Source of the DNA: Macrostomum lignano
Taxonomy: Eukaryota
Assembly (NCBI GenBank): GCA_002269645.1
Contig: NIVC01000916.1
Coordinates: 1 to 64,000 of the forward strand
DNA length: 64,000 bases
Direction of reading: 5' to 3'
The first letter of the stretch is position 1. Each line of letters starts with the position of its first letter. The notes beneath the pieces are model-generated. The model was given only the letters and a program-made list of their open reading frames with translations. It was not told where the DNA came from and searched no databases. Both the position numbers and the translations under genes were made by a program. Below, piece after piece: positions 1-12,808 of this stretch.

Positions 1-102
1 ATCAGATTGTCTGAGTTAATCCTCTGCGGGCTGACTCACTGCTGCTCACTGGGCTTTGCGGGCTCGTGGTCAAAATGGACAACCTGGCCCACCTCTGCTA
101 AA

Positions 103-781
<679 letters not shown>

Positions 782-812
782 GTAAATCCCACACGAATAT
801 CCCGATTTTCAG

Positions 813-1668
813 GCGCAGAATGCCGCGCGCAGCCGCCGGCCCAGCTGACTCTAGAGAAGACCCCGGCTTACCTGGTTGATCCGAAAGTGCCTGTCAGAGT
901 CCGGCAGATGAACCCGGAGATGAAGCTGGTGCTGGCTGGTGCGCGACCCCGTGACACGAGCCATGTCTGACTATGCACAGGTGGGACACCAGCTGCTGAC
1001 TCACCTGTCCTGACCCATCATTATGACTCACCTCGTCTGACTCATAATTAATGACTCACCTGTCCTGACTCATCATTATGACTCACCTGTCCTGAACGAT
1101 CTTCCTAACTCAGCACTGACTCAGGCGCTCTGGATTCACAAAAAAGTTCCCACTGTATACATTGAACTTTCGCAGGCAGTTGACAACGCCGCCCGGCGTG
1201 GTCGACCACCACCGCCGCCGTTCGAGCAACTCGCCTTTGTCCGACGTCCAGACGGCAACCTGACGGTGAACACAGCCTGGTCACCGGTGCGCATTGGCCG
1301 GTATGCAGAGCACCTGTCCCGGTGGCTGGACGAGTTTCCGCGCAATCAAATTCTCGTGCTGTCAGCCGAGCGCCTGGTCCGAGATCCGGCGCCGTGATGA
1401 CTCAGTTGCAAAAATTCCTCGGCTGCCTCAGCTGGTGACCGAGCATCATTTCTACTGGGACAAGAGAAAGGGCTTCCACTGCTTGCGAAGGTTGCCACGT
1501 CGTGGTAGACGAAAAAGAAGAAGACAGCGTTGCCTAGCCAGGAACAAAGGTCGGAGGCATCCCCCTGTGTCTCCTGAGCGTCTGCGCGATATTCGAACCT
1601 ACTTTAAGCCGTACAACCAACAATTCTATCGAATGGTTGGCGAGAACTTTTACTGGGATGACGTTTAA
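813..1668 (+). CDS. HS3ST: heparan sulfate glucosamine 3-O-sulfotransferase, 3' exons, with 4 apparent frameshifts
   Basis: Exon 813-980 reads MPRAAAG/QLTLEKTPAYLVDPKVPVRVRQMNPEMKLVL/LVRDPVTRAMSDYAQ (family motifs EKTP.Y and RDPV.RA.SDY). Exon 1176-1668 reads ...WSPVRIGRYAEHLSRWLDEFPRNQILVLSAERLVRDPA/VMTQLQKFLG/LPQLVTEHHFYWDKRKGFHCL...CLARNKGRRHP...YFKPYNQQFYRMVGENFYWDDV*. Single-base indels near 841, 934, 1391 and 1421. The 5' exons lie outside the window. Confidence 0.9.
1000..1095 (+). repeat. short ~30-bp tandem repeat in HS3ST intron
   Basis: 3-4 degenerate copies of TCATTATGACTCACCTGTCCTGAC. Confidence 0.75.
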
Positions 1669-4178
1669 AAGTAATTTACAACGAAAAATCTGCATTTTTG
1701 TACTTTAGAATTACGAGGTTTAGCCGGTCCTAATTCTTCTCAAGGGTAGGTGACATTGCAGGGTGATTCTTTCTGTATTTTACGTGTACAATGAGTTTAC
1801 TTTCATGTACGTTTATGGAAGTATTTAAACTTAAGATTATGAAGTAGTTCAATAAGTGGTACTTCATTTATACATGTACAGAGTGTACTTTTATTTTACG
1901 CATATACGTATGTTGTACACGTAATATGTATTGCTACTCCAAAAGTCGTAAATGTTGTCCACGCCGTAAAATAAAATAACTAACCATTTATTCTTCCTTA
2001 GCAAGGGCTTGTTGCCACTCTCAAGGACGACTTAAGTATCGTAATTCTCTTTTTAAACAATCGTTTGGTCACACTCTATACACATGTATGTTTTGGTTGT
2101 AGTGGCCACTAAACTTTTTTTTGTAGTAAAGGCCATGTGCATGGTAAAAAAATCAAGGACCACTTATATAGCTATATACAGTGGTCCTTGAAAAAATAAC
2201 GAGAACGAGTGTACATGTGTAAGAACTTTTGTGGAATACGTATGTAGGGCATTTCAAACATTCTTTGACCCCGGCTTATTGTTAATGGATCTCCAAAGTC
2301 GATTTAAGGATGACTTAGATGACTAACCAGGGTAAACTTTAAGTAGCTTAGTATTTTCAATAACAATACAGTGAAAATTAATATAGGTCGAAATTAATAC
2401 AGTAATTTTGGAGTACTTTACGTCGCGACTGCAGTTCTAGAGCACAATAATTTTATGCGATAATAACTAAATTAATTGTATTTAATAGTAGGAATAATTA
2501 TGAAGATAAATAAATCGGCGCACTTTCCATCATCTTTAACCACCTGGAAGATTATTTATGCGGTAAAACAAATAGATTTTACTCTAACGTGCTTTAAAAT
2601 AAAATATAGTGTTAAAAGCTTACCGAAAGAAGGTGCTCTAATTTATTTTTCTAGCACATTATTTTTATTAGCTTAAGAGCAAAAAAATTTATACTGGGAC
2701 TGTACACAAAAATATGACTTTTCCAAAACCTTAGTTTTAGTTAGCGGAAAGTGAATTAAAAAGGGCCGACCAGAAAACTATTTATCTTAATATATAGACA
2801 GGCTAATTTTTTAAATTTCTCTTGTTCTGCTATACTCTTAAATTCTGTAGTTTTGCACTCTCGAAAAAGTATTAAACGATCATAATAGGTATACTTTTTG
2901 TTGGTTACATAAATGCTGGTTAGGATTGGTACTCAATCTGTGGCTCAATCTGTTAGTTAACCACTATCATAGGTGCTGGAGTGTTTATAAAAGTGGGGGT
3001 CAGGTACCATTAATATACCCCCCCCCACTTTTAGAAGGGGGCCATCCCCCCCCCCCCCCCCTTGGTCCCATCATTCTGACACCATGATCATTACTCATTT
3101 GTTATTATCAATTAATTACTGATCCAACAGATCTCAGATCCTGGATCTAACCTAATTGAATCCTTATTTTAATTACAAGCTCCCTTGTAAGATATAAAGG
3201 TAGCAAATACTTGAATGGTTTAAAAAATATGTAACAATTTAATTTAGGAAAATTTAAGAAAGTTTAAGTAAAAGACATCAAAATTTGCTAGAAAATTGTA
3301 GGGCCAAGTACTTTATACTTTGGATTGCCTCTCACTTTCAAAATGGGAACCTATCCTCTCAGCCCCCCTTTTTATGCCAATGGCCACTATTGTTTTCTCT
3401 TTTGTCAATAACTCCTTTTGTATACTACTCTTAAAAAATAATTTCTTATTTTATTCTATAAATCAATTTATCAAAATCAATCACAATTAAGTAACAATTA
3501 CAAACAAATTACAAACAAATTAAAACTTGCAATAATCATCAGCAAAGTCTAAACAAGTTTTTTTATTTCTATACAAAATACAGTTTATTCTCATTAAAAA
3601 AAGTATAGCAACTTCTATATGCTTAAAAAAATTTTTTATTAATTTTACTTTTTTACTCTTTCTTACTTTAAATTTTTCATTATTCTCTTGTCAGTAACTA
3701 TTGTTACTGTTTACTAAGCCTACACAGAGATTGATATGATTAGTTGTTTTTTGCCTACTATGTATAGTATTTGGCTTATTATAATTAATAATACTATTAA
3801 TAACACTTTATATACTTTATACTTTGGATTTTGTATACTATCAATTCACAAATTAATATAAGTTCTTACAAATTTAATTACAATAAAAAATAGTCTTCAA
3901 AGTCATTTAGCAGTAGGCAAATATATTGATGCCCCTTACAAAATTTTAGTACATTTGTGTTTGCTATTTGTAAGGTTAGTGTTAATTTTCAGTCCCACCT
4001 TTTCAGTACTAAATCAAATAGATATTTTTGGCTTGATAATTTTGTTTTGAAGCTCTTAAAATTCATTCGCGCTACTAATAGTAATTCATGAGTTTGTGAA
4101 TTTAATATTGTTTTAAAATTTATTAATAAACAATCTGTAGATTTCTTGACTCTTCATCCCACGTTCCAGTCTTCCAAG

Positions 4179-4573
4179 ATGTCCGCTGTAGGCAAGTCAG
4201 GCGCCGCCAGATCTGTCCCGGTGCCGCGTGCTGCCCGCGCCTCGCGCCCCCAGCCGCAGCCGCCGCGCCAGTCACAAAATTGGACGGCCCGCTGCACCAT
4301 GTGAAATTCGAAATCCACGGCAAAGTGCAGGGCGTCTTCTTTCGCAAGCACACTGAGCGGGAGGCGCGCCGGCTTGGTCTGGTCGGCTACGTGCTCAACA
4401 CGGAGCACGGAACGGTGCTCGGCGAGGCTTGCGGGCCCGCGCCGCATCTGGAGGAGTTCAAGCGCTGGCTGAGAACCAAAGGCAGCCCTAAGAGCCGCAT
4501 TGACAAGGCCGTGTTCACGGATGAGGGCCCCAGCACCGACTGCCCCTTTGCCGATTTCACCATTAGCAAATGA
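4179..4573 (+). CDS. ACYP: acylphosphatase, single exon, start out of frame by one indel
   Basis: 4280-4573 reads FEIHGKVQGVFFRKHTEREARRLGLVGYVLNTEHGTVLGE...WLRTKGSPKSRIDKA, with the G.VQGV.FR catalytic loop and the GSP.S.I motif. No in-frame ATG exists back to the stop at 4127. The nearest ATG (4179) is 101 nt upstream. Confidence 0.9.
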
Positions 4574-5198
4574 CGCCATGGTTCTTAATTAGAACTACAC
4601 CATATTGTAACCATGGCAACCACACCAGCCCTACATAGGCCTATCATTTTCATAGCTTCTCTACTTTAAGTAGTCTGTTGTGAAACCCCATAGATTTCAT
4701 TAGTTTGTATTCACTGCACAGTCTTGTAATGCCACATTTTCAGAGCAGTGTCACACTGACTTGACTGCTGGATAAATTTTACATGCTCAGGACCTCGCAC
4801 CTATTAGTCTCAGTAGACTTTGGATGTACAGGCACGCACCTGTTAGTGCTGCTGCTGCTGCTGGTTTAGCATTTTTTTACTTTCTGCTCATCGCCAAATA
4901 TCAAGTGGAGACTTCGTGGTGGCTTTTGTACTTTATTTTTATTGAAATTATTAAGAGACAGTGGGAGCCTTTGGGCAAATAAAGTCAAAACAAAACAAAG
5001 ACTTTTGAACAGCTATTACAGAGAAAATTTTTTCTCACAAATCAATCAATTGATGTCAGTAGTGTAAGGATTATACGTGTACATTTAATGCATACATGCA
5101 GCATGCATTCAACGGAGTGCATTGTACTTCAGCCTGTCATTTGCAGCGGTTCCAAGCTTTTGTCTTTCTGTCTGTACCAAAGCGGCCATGCAGTCCGT

Positions 5199-6486
5199 TC
5201 ACTGGGTGACCTTGAGAAACTCTGTAATTTCAAAATAAGTTCACACAGATGTTCACCTACAATTTTTTTTGCTTTGTCAGATTTCTACCTCAGTTAACGC
5301 CCACCACCTATCTACACCAAACCCCATTCCAATCGGCACCCACCTCACGCCATACCGCGTCCCTCCATTTCTACCCCAATCGACACCCACCTCACGCCAT
5401 ACCGCGTCCCTCCATTCCTACCCAATCGACACCCACCTCACGCCGTGTCCCTCCATTCCTACCCCAATCGACACCCACCTCACGCCATACCCCGTCCCTC
5501 CATTTCTACTCCAACCGACACTCACTATATACGTCACGGGCTAAACCAACATTGACCAACTCAAATAGACACAATTGCATCAAACTTCACCCGGACAAGT
5601 TTCACCTTTCTTAGTCCCCTTAAACTTGATTTTTAAAGAGCTGCAATACTAGAAGTTTTATTTCTCACCCTCCCAACTGATCTTTCCCGTATTGTCCGCA
5701 TCCACAACCGACAGCATCTGTTTGAGCTCTTCCGTCGATAGCTTCATCCCTGCTTTGGCGAATTCGGCGCGCAGTTGGTACTGAAAGCAAGGTAAAAATG
5801 ATGAGCTGGGTGGCTGCAATCTCTGTGGAAGCAAAGCAGTTTAAATTGGGCATCCCTACATGCGTTAGGAAGCCGGTCTTTTTGATGTCCATGGCTTGAA
5901 ATGCGTCTCGCAACAGCTGATTGAAGTCAGCTGATCTCGACTGCATGTAGCTGATGAAGTCATCCTCCGTTATCATGCCGGATCCTGAAATGCGCAGATA
6001 TACAGATAGCAATAATTAGATTAACCATCTTCTGAAACTTCAGATGATTACGCGACGCCAGTATGTACGCGGTTGGAGGTGGCATTTTCATCTACAAGGA
6101 CCACTAGAAGTTCCCTTTCTACCAGGACGTAGGACTCGCGTTTTTTGGACATTTTATCTGAAGGCTCAATTTCGCTTGCGATGCGAACACATTAGCGAGA
6201 TGGCTAACCTATATTTTGAGCATGTCGTGTTAGCATGCAATCCGTTACTTTCTCATAAAGCTACGTAGCATGTGCTGGTTCCGAGATGGCTTATTTAATT
6301 AATAAGAGACAGACAGAAACAGATCCAGTTACCTTTGGTATCTGCCTGGCCAACAATATTCCTAGCATCAGCCTCCGTGACGTCCTCGCCGATTCTCTTC
6401 ATCACCTGGCAGAGCTCCTGCACGGTGATGCCGCCTCTGCCGGTCTTGTCGATGGCGCGGAACACTTTTCGCACCTCTGGCCGCAT
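5199..6486 (-). CDS. calmodulin-like four-EF-hand protein, 137 aa, 4 exons
   Basis: Exons 6486-6333, 5984-5860, 5780-5669 and 5221-5199, all GT-AG and phase-compatible: MRPEVRKVFRAIDKTGRGGITVQEL...ADTKGSGMITEDDF...AFQAMDIKKTGFLTHYQLRAEF...LSVVDADNTGKISWEEFLKVTQ*. Confidence 0.9.
5300..5520 (+). repeat. ~47-bp minisatellite in last intron of the EF-hand gene
   Basis: 4-5 copies of CCCCAATCGACACCCACCTCACGCCATACCGCGTCCCTCCATTCCTA. Confidence 0.9.
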
Positions 6487-7814
6487 TGTCAGGTTATTGA
6501 GGATAATTGTTTTAATGAAATGAATGACGGAATTGGCATTGAAAAATGATTGAAAAGTTATTTCAAGAATTTTATTGAATGCACACGCGTAGCTGTCGAG
6601 TACGTGCGGTTTAAAAATTAAATAATTAAGCTTATCCAATGTCGCTTCTTGGTTGTACCTTGATAGAGAAACGTAAGCTTCTAAAGAACCATGACAGTGT
6701 AGTAGCAACCAACGGACTTTTCAGTCCAAGCCCTTATTGTACTTCACAGGAACACCAAATGGTTCTTCATCGGAACACCAAATGGTTCTTCATAGGAACT
6801 AGTCTTCAAAAGTGCACCTGACCGGTGCTCATAGAATAATCCGGTTCCTTGATGAAGTAGCTCGTACTACACTTACCATATGCACATATGGAATTTTTTA
6901 GACACACAATAAGATACGAAGTTAAACAAATTTCGTTCTGAACTTACGAGTCTCGTCAAAATGGCTATTGCCCGACATTTCCTGTAACTTGAAAAAAACT
7001 TCAGACTATGTACTACAGATACGCCAGATCTATTTGAAGTTGAGAACAGCATATTTATAGCATATATATATACATCGGTGTATGGACTCTGAGTTACAAA
7101 TTTATACAACGATTTTTGTCTATTTTTGTTGCAAAGAGTAGCTTATAGTATACTGAGTGCTCAAACTGAGTTTTGCGTAGCTTTGAGCACGCGCTGCAAC
7201 TGCAGGCTTCGTTGATTGCCACACCGCCAAGTCCTCAGACGAGGCCCATGAGCTGAAATTTGCATTTCGCGTGGCTTTACAAACGATGAGAGGCGCGCAG
7301 TGTAGAAAGCATTTGGAGCCCGAAGGTCACAGGGGTTGTCGCACAATGACTGTTTGCCTGTTATGACAGTTTGAGCACGATTGACACTTGAAAGGTACAA
7401 AATTAATTGCAAATGAAACTTGAGAGAGAAGCTGTCTCAACAGTCTCTGAGCTCAGTGTTACAGTGGTTCGACTGTGGTGCGATTCTCAACTCCCTTAAA
7501 TTGCAGGCAATTACGCTGTATTTCTGCAGTCGCTGTAATCATTCTTGAGCCTAATTATTTTTGCACCGCATTCTATCAACTGCAACTCAGAAAGCAGCTC
7601 ATGAATAAGAGCCATATTTCACTCGTGATAATGACTTCAAATAACAATAGTTTTAGAATGAAATGTTTGTTAAATTTGAAGCAAATCAACAGCAATCCAT
7701 GTACCATTCCTTCAGGATGCAGCATTAGCCGTTCGCGCTAAAAATGGAACTCATGTAGTACGATACATTTGGAAAAGACGAACGAAAATCTTTCAGTACA
7801 AAACAATTTTTGCT

Positions 7815-7942
7815 TAGGCCAACTTCACAAGCTCGAAACTTCACAAGCTTGAAACTTCACAAGCTCGCAACTTCACAAGTTCGAAACTTCACAAGCTCGC
7901 AACTTCACAAGCTCGCAACTTCACAAGCTCGAAATTTCACAA
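7815..7942 (+). repeat. 16-bp tandem repeat
   Basis: About 8 copies of AACTTCACAAGCTCG(A/C). Confidence 0.9.
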
Positions 7943-9888
7943 CAAAAAGACCATGCACGCAAGCTATAAAGCACGATCAAGATGAGTTATAGTTATTTTA
8001 TTGATCGAAAGCTACAGTTTGTTACAAGAATTTGGCTAGGGAGAAAATATACTGAAAGCGGCTCTAAATTTGGTCATTCTCGGCCTATGGCCCGCGCTTA
8101 CTGGCATCAGTCAGTCAGGCCAGGGAACACTGGAGTCTGGAGATTTAGCATGATGCATGCGGACAGCTTGGTCTCATCCCAGGGGCGTGGCAACCGGGGG
8201 GGGGCAAGGAGAATATCCCCCCCAATAAAAGCTATGAACCCGTGACCCGTTATGAAAATCCATAATTTAGTTTCAGGGCGCCAATAATATACATGCGCTC
8301 GTATATAGTACCTTCGGCGCCAAAATGGATGCCCTTGTGGTGCCAAATTGAGTGCCTGATGAAGCTGCGGCCCTCATAACGCTCATTAATTTCTGCAAAT
8401 GAACGAATGCTCCAGGATAATTACATGTATCAGCAAAAATGCAAACAGATTCGTCGCACACAAAAGTTTTCAATGACAAAGCCACCAACAAAGTAACAAA
8501 AATCAACGCAATCCAAAATGATCCCTTTAAAATACATGTACCGTATGGTATTGGCGTTTTATGATTCTTGTTTTAACATTTAGAAGAAATCATTTTATGG
8601 AAAACAAGCCTTCCACAAGTGGTAAAACATCAATATTAAAATCGTTTTTTTGCGCTCCCAAAACTGGCGAATACATTTGCAGACTCAAATCTATCCACGC
8701 ACCACATCCACAGATGTAGTTCACAAATTTACTTGTTCTGTTGAGCAGAACATTTCCCTTACATTAAAAAATGAAAACACACTTTTATACACTAAGGTTC
8801 TGTTGTCGGTTGTCATTGTCGTTGAAGATTGTCTACACAGGTCGGAGATTATTTGATGCAAGTACAAGAGTGAGCAAGGGCGAGCGAGCAAAGGGAGGAG
8901 AGAAGAAATTAGGCGCAGCTTCTTGCTTGGTTTGATAAGGGTTTGTTTATACGTCCTTTTCTCAGTCTTTCGCAAACGCAATCCTTAGCTTTTATTGGAG
9001 CATATCCATCAGTTGCTAATACATTCAAAGCTGGATAGAAACTTTAGGGCCGAAAATACATCACTTCATTACCGTGTCTGTCTGCTTGCGTTTGACAGAA
9101 GTAGCCGCAATGCCTGGGCGATCAATAATTGTTTTCAGTCTCCTATCAGTCATTTTTCGAAGGTCGAGGCCCAATGTGTGTCGCTAACAGCTGCAGTCGC
9201 TAATTGAGAAAGTTCGAACCAACAAGTAATAAAATAATTACAACAGGAATCTATTTCAGTCTGTGTGAGAGGTTCACGTATTCGCACTGCTTTAAATCTT
9301 TCCATCAACTGAGTTGCTACTAGGGTGAAATCCTATACTCAGTTGTTAACGCTGGCTGAAGAAGTCAAACAAACTCAAAGAGCCGGTTCTTGGCTATCGC
9401 GAGTTGCGAAAGGCATGTAGAAGATCATAGCCGACATTGGTTTTTAATCTAGCCCATCACCCTTAGTCCTGGCTTAAATTAATCACCTTGTGGGTTTATG
9501 GGTTAAAAATTCAGTATTGAGTTGGATTACACAAAACTGGATGAGAGTTGGACAACAACGATTTACCTTAATACTGAAAAACTTTCTAATTTTCTAAAGC
9601 GATTGTTCACGAGTATCATAAATCATTAATCTAAACTTTTTCCATCCAATCAGGACGCTATCAGCACGCCTCGTATATAATGGAAGAATTAGTGTCCTAG
9701 AAAAAATGAAAAAGAGACTTAAAAAACAGTAACATTAACTGTAGCGTCTCCTACAGATAGAATATTACGTGTTTTATTAAAAGAATAAAACCAAAACCAA
9801 ATTAGTGCCTCAAAAACAAGTTAGAGTTAAAACAGGTTGCGATTAGAAAATATTCATGGATTGCAGAACTTCACAAACTGCTACAAGC

Positions 9889-11691
9889 TTAGATACCCTT
9901 GGCGTTGCCTCCGATCCTGATCCGTCTCGACATGCTTTTGGCGTTGCCTCCGATCCTGATCCGTCTCGACATGCTCTTGGCGTTGCCTCCGATCCTGATC
10001 CTTCTAGACATGCTCTTGGCGTTGCCTCCGATCCTGATCCGTCTCGACATGCTCTTGGCGTTGCCTCCGATCCTGATCCGTCTCGACATGCTCTTGGCGT
10101 TGCCTCCGATCCTGATCCGTCTCGACATGCTCTTGGCGTTGCCTCCGATCCTGATCCGTCTCGACATGCTCTTGGCGTTGCCTCCGATCCTGATCCGTCT
10201 CGACATGCTCTTGGCGTTGCCTCCGATCCTGATCCTTCTAGACATGCTCTTGGCGTTGCCTCCGATCCTGATCCTTCTAGACATGCTCTTGGCGTTGCCT
10301 CCGATCCTGATCCGTCTCGACATGCTCTTGGCGTTGCCTCCGATCCTGATCCTTCTCGACATGCTCTTGGCGTTGCCTCCGATCCTGATCCTTCTAGACA
10401 TGCTCTTGGCGTTGCCTCCGATCCTGATCCGTCTCGACATGCTCTTGGCGTTGCCTCCGATCCTGATCCGTCTCGACATGCTCTTGGCGTTGCCTCCGAT
10501 CCTGATCCGTCTCGACATGCTCTTGGCGTTGCCTCCGATCCTGATCCGTCTCGACATGCTCTTGGCGTTGCCTCCGATCCTGATCCTTCTAGACATGCTC
10601 TTGGCGTTGCCTCCGATCCTGATCCTTCTAGACATGCTCTTGGCGTTGCCTCCGATCCTGATCCTTCTAGACATGCTCTTGGCGTTGCCTCCGATCCTGA
10701 TCCTTCTAGACATGCTCTTGGCGTTGCCTCCGATCCTGATCCTTCTAGACATGCTCTTGGCGTTGCCTCCGATCCTGATCCTTCTAGACATGCTCTTGGC
10801 GTTGCCTCCGATCCTGATCCGTCTCGACATGCTCTTGGCGTTGCCTCCGATCCTGATCCGTCTCGACATGCTCTTGGCGTTGCCTCCGATCCTGATCCTT
10901 CTCGACATGCTCTTGGCGTTGCCTCCGATCCTGATCCGTCTCGACATGCTCTTGGCGTTGCCTCCGATCCTGATCCGTCTCGACATGCTCTTGGCGTTGC
11001 CTCCGATCCTGATCCGTCTCGACATGCTCTTGGCGTTGCCTCCGATCCTGATCCGTCTCGACATGCTCTTGGCGTTGCCTCCGATCCTGATCCGTCTCGA
11101 CATGCTCTTGGCGTTGCCTCCGATCCTGATCCGTCTCGACATGCTCTTGGCGTTGCCTCCGATCCTGATCCTTCTAGACATGCTCTTGGCGTTGCCTCCG
11201 ATCCTGATCCTTCTAGACATGCTCTTGGCGTTGCCTCCGATCCTGATCCTTCTAGACATGCTCTTGGCGTTGCCTCCGATCCTGATCCTTCTAGACATGC
11301 TCTTGGCGTTGCCTCCGATCCTGATCCTTCTAGACATGCTCTTGGCGTTGCCTCCGATCCTGATCCGTCTCGACATGCTCTTGGCGTTGCCTCCGATCCT
11401 GATCCGTCTCGACATGCTCTTGGCGTTGCCTCCGATCCTGATCCTTCTAGACATGCTCTTGGCGTTGCCTCCGATCCTGATCCGTCTCGACATGCTCTTG
11501 GCGTTGCCTCCGATCCTGATCCTTCTAGACATGCTCTTGGCGTTGCCTCCGATCCTGATCCATCTAGATGGTGGATACCTGATTATTACCCTATTCGCAT
11601 TGCTGACTTCCTCGCAGTCGGCTGTAGTTGTAATGATGTAGCAGGCGAGGACGGCCAGTAAACAGCTTAGTATGGGCTGTCCGAGTACCAT
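9889..11691 (-). CDS. putative secreted multi-copy peptide precursor: signal peptide + 43 x IRIGGNAK linked by SMSRR, 600 aa
   Basis: ATG at 11691 starts MVLGQPILSCLLAVLACYIITTTADCEE (hydrophobic signal-like segment). The frame runs through the 39-bp array to a stop two codons after the last unit. Variant sites TCG/TCT, CGG/AGG and AAG/AAA are all synonymous. AATAAA on the minus strand at 9773-9778. Confidence 0.7.
   Translation of the reverse strand: MVLGQPILSCLLAVLACYIITTTADCEEVSNANRVIIRYPPSRWIRIGGNAKSMSRRIRIGGNAKSMSRRIRIGGNAKSMSRRIRIGGNAKSMSRRIRIGGNAKSMSRRIRIGGNAKSMSRRIRIGGNAKSMSRRIRIGGNAKSMSRRIRIGGNAKSMSRRIRIGGNAKSMSRRIRIGGNAKSMSRRIRIGGNAKSMSRRIRIGGNAKSMSRRIRIGGNAKSMSRRIRIGGNAKSMSRRIRIGGNAKSMSRRIRIGGNAKSMSRRIRIGGNAKSMSRRIRIGGNAKSMSRRIRIGGNAKSMSRRIRIGGNAKSMSRRIRIGGNAKSMSRRIRIGGNAKSMSRRIRIGGNAKSMSRRIRIGGNAKSMSRRIRIGGNAKSMSRRIRIGGNAKSMSRRIRIGGNAKSMSRRIRIGGNAKSMSRRIRIGGNAKSMSRRIRIGGNAKSMSRRIRIGGNAKSMSRRIRIGGNAKSMSRRIRIGGNAKSMSRRIRIGGNAKSMSRRIRIGGNAKSMSRRIRIGGNAKSMSRRIRIGGNAKSMSRRIRIGGNAKSMSRRIRIGGNAKSMSRRIRIGGNAKSMSRRIRIGGNAKSMSRRIRIGGNAKGI
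9898..11567 (+). repeat. 39-bp tandem array, ~43 copies, two main variants
   Basis: Unit CTTGGCGTTGCCTCCGATCCTGATCC(G/T)TCT(C/A)GACATGCT, with no indels across the array. Confidence 0.99.
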
Positions 11692-12808
11692 TGCAGAGTT
11701 GGAGAATGCGGTTGGAGATTTGCTGAGAGTGTAAAATGGCGATTTGTAGCTTAAGAGCTGGTTGCTTTTATAGTATTTAAACTCCAAAGAGAAATATTGT
11801 ATCACCTGCTGTTTAATGACGTCATAATAACTGACGCAGTAACAATTAGCGTGGTAATGAAAGATTTTTGACTCAGGTCTCAGCCAAAAATAGTCAATGC
11901 TATTGAGTGCAAACAGTTTTCGTCATTTAACTACATGTATATTGCGTAATTTTCAATGCTAGCTGGCGCAAAAGAAGCTGTTTTTTAGCGAGCACAAATC
12001 TTAGAGGCTTTGACAGAAATGAAATTTTGAAGATGAAAGACGAGTTTTGAATTTTGGGACTGTGACAGGCATCTTCTTCAGACTTCCAGATGTATGTGAG
12101 AACGTCAGCTCGAGTCCTGATAGATCCTTGAGGAGTTAGTAGTTAAAATTACACTACAATTCAGCAGCAAGGAGCACAGTTGACAACACCTCGAAATAAT
12201 CATATTTATTTGAAGGCCCAAGTCAGGTAGAAAATGCGCCAGGGAGATGCGAGCCTCGGATCTCGAAAGAGAAGGAGAACTCGAGAATGTGAGCCAATGC
12301 ATTTTGCAGAAATGGTGTCCCAATGACCACTGTCCTTGGTCCTTGAAATTGAAAATCAATTTCTAACCAAACGCAGCAGGTGACAAATATAAAATCCTTC
12401 AGCAGTGGTATTTTATGCGGTAATTAACTCGCACCACGTGTTTATTAATGTTTCCAGATTATTTAATAAGAGCTGATAAACAAGATTAAAATTGTTTGAA
12501 ATTGCTGATTGCAGGGCATTGAAAACCGACTAAAAAGTTTAGTGAGACCTGCTGTCAGCTGATCATTATAATTAAGGCAAAGCACACGTAGGGTTAAATC
12601 TATATTACTAAATCTGAATTTTTAACTATAATCAGAAGATATTCTGCGGATTAAATGTCATAAGTACCAAACAGACGGTGCATTTAAGGTTTAAATGCAG
12701 GCAGCTGTTCAGCTACGGGTACGGATTAGCGCTGCTGGGCCGCTGGGTTCGGGTTGCTGGGTGAGCAGTCTTGTTCTTGTTATTACTATTAGTAGGATTC
12801 GTTAGCGA

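Noticed and set aside
2965-3090. Second complete MITE with CATAGGTG.../...CACCATG ends
   Set aside because: TIR similarity is weak and no matching TSD was found
4154-4579. 141-aa minus-strand ORF
   Set aside because: Antisense shadow of the acylphosphatase gene
4607-4620. X-box-like GTAACCATGGCAAC
   Set aside because: Good motif match, but it lies 3' of both flanking convergent genes, so no target promoter is evident
8350-8400. Hammerhead ribozyme core (CTGATGA)
   Set aside because: No stem II followed by GAAA and no closing helices could be found
9898-11567. CRISPR-like regular array (also 19041-20308, 43200-45280, 47690-48490)
   Set aside because: Units are head-to-tail with no unique spacers, there are no cas genes and the context is eukaryotic
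9899-11641. 580-aa hydrophobic ORF (MLLALPPILIRLD)n
   Set aside because: Alternative frame of the 39-bp array. The common variant is nonsynonymous here (R/L) and there is no unique leader.
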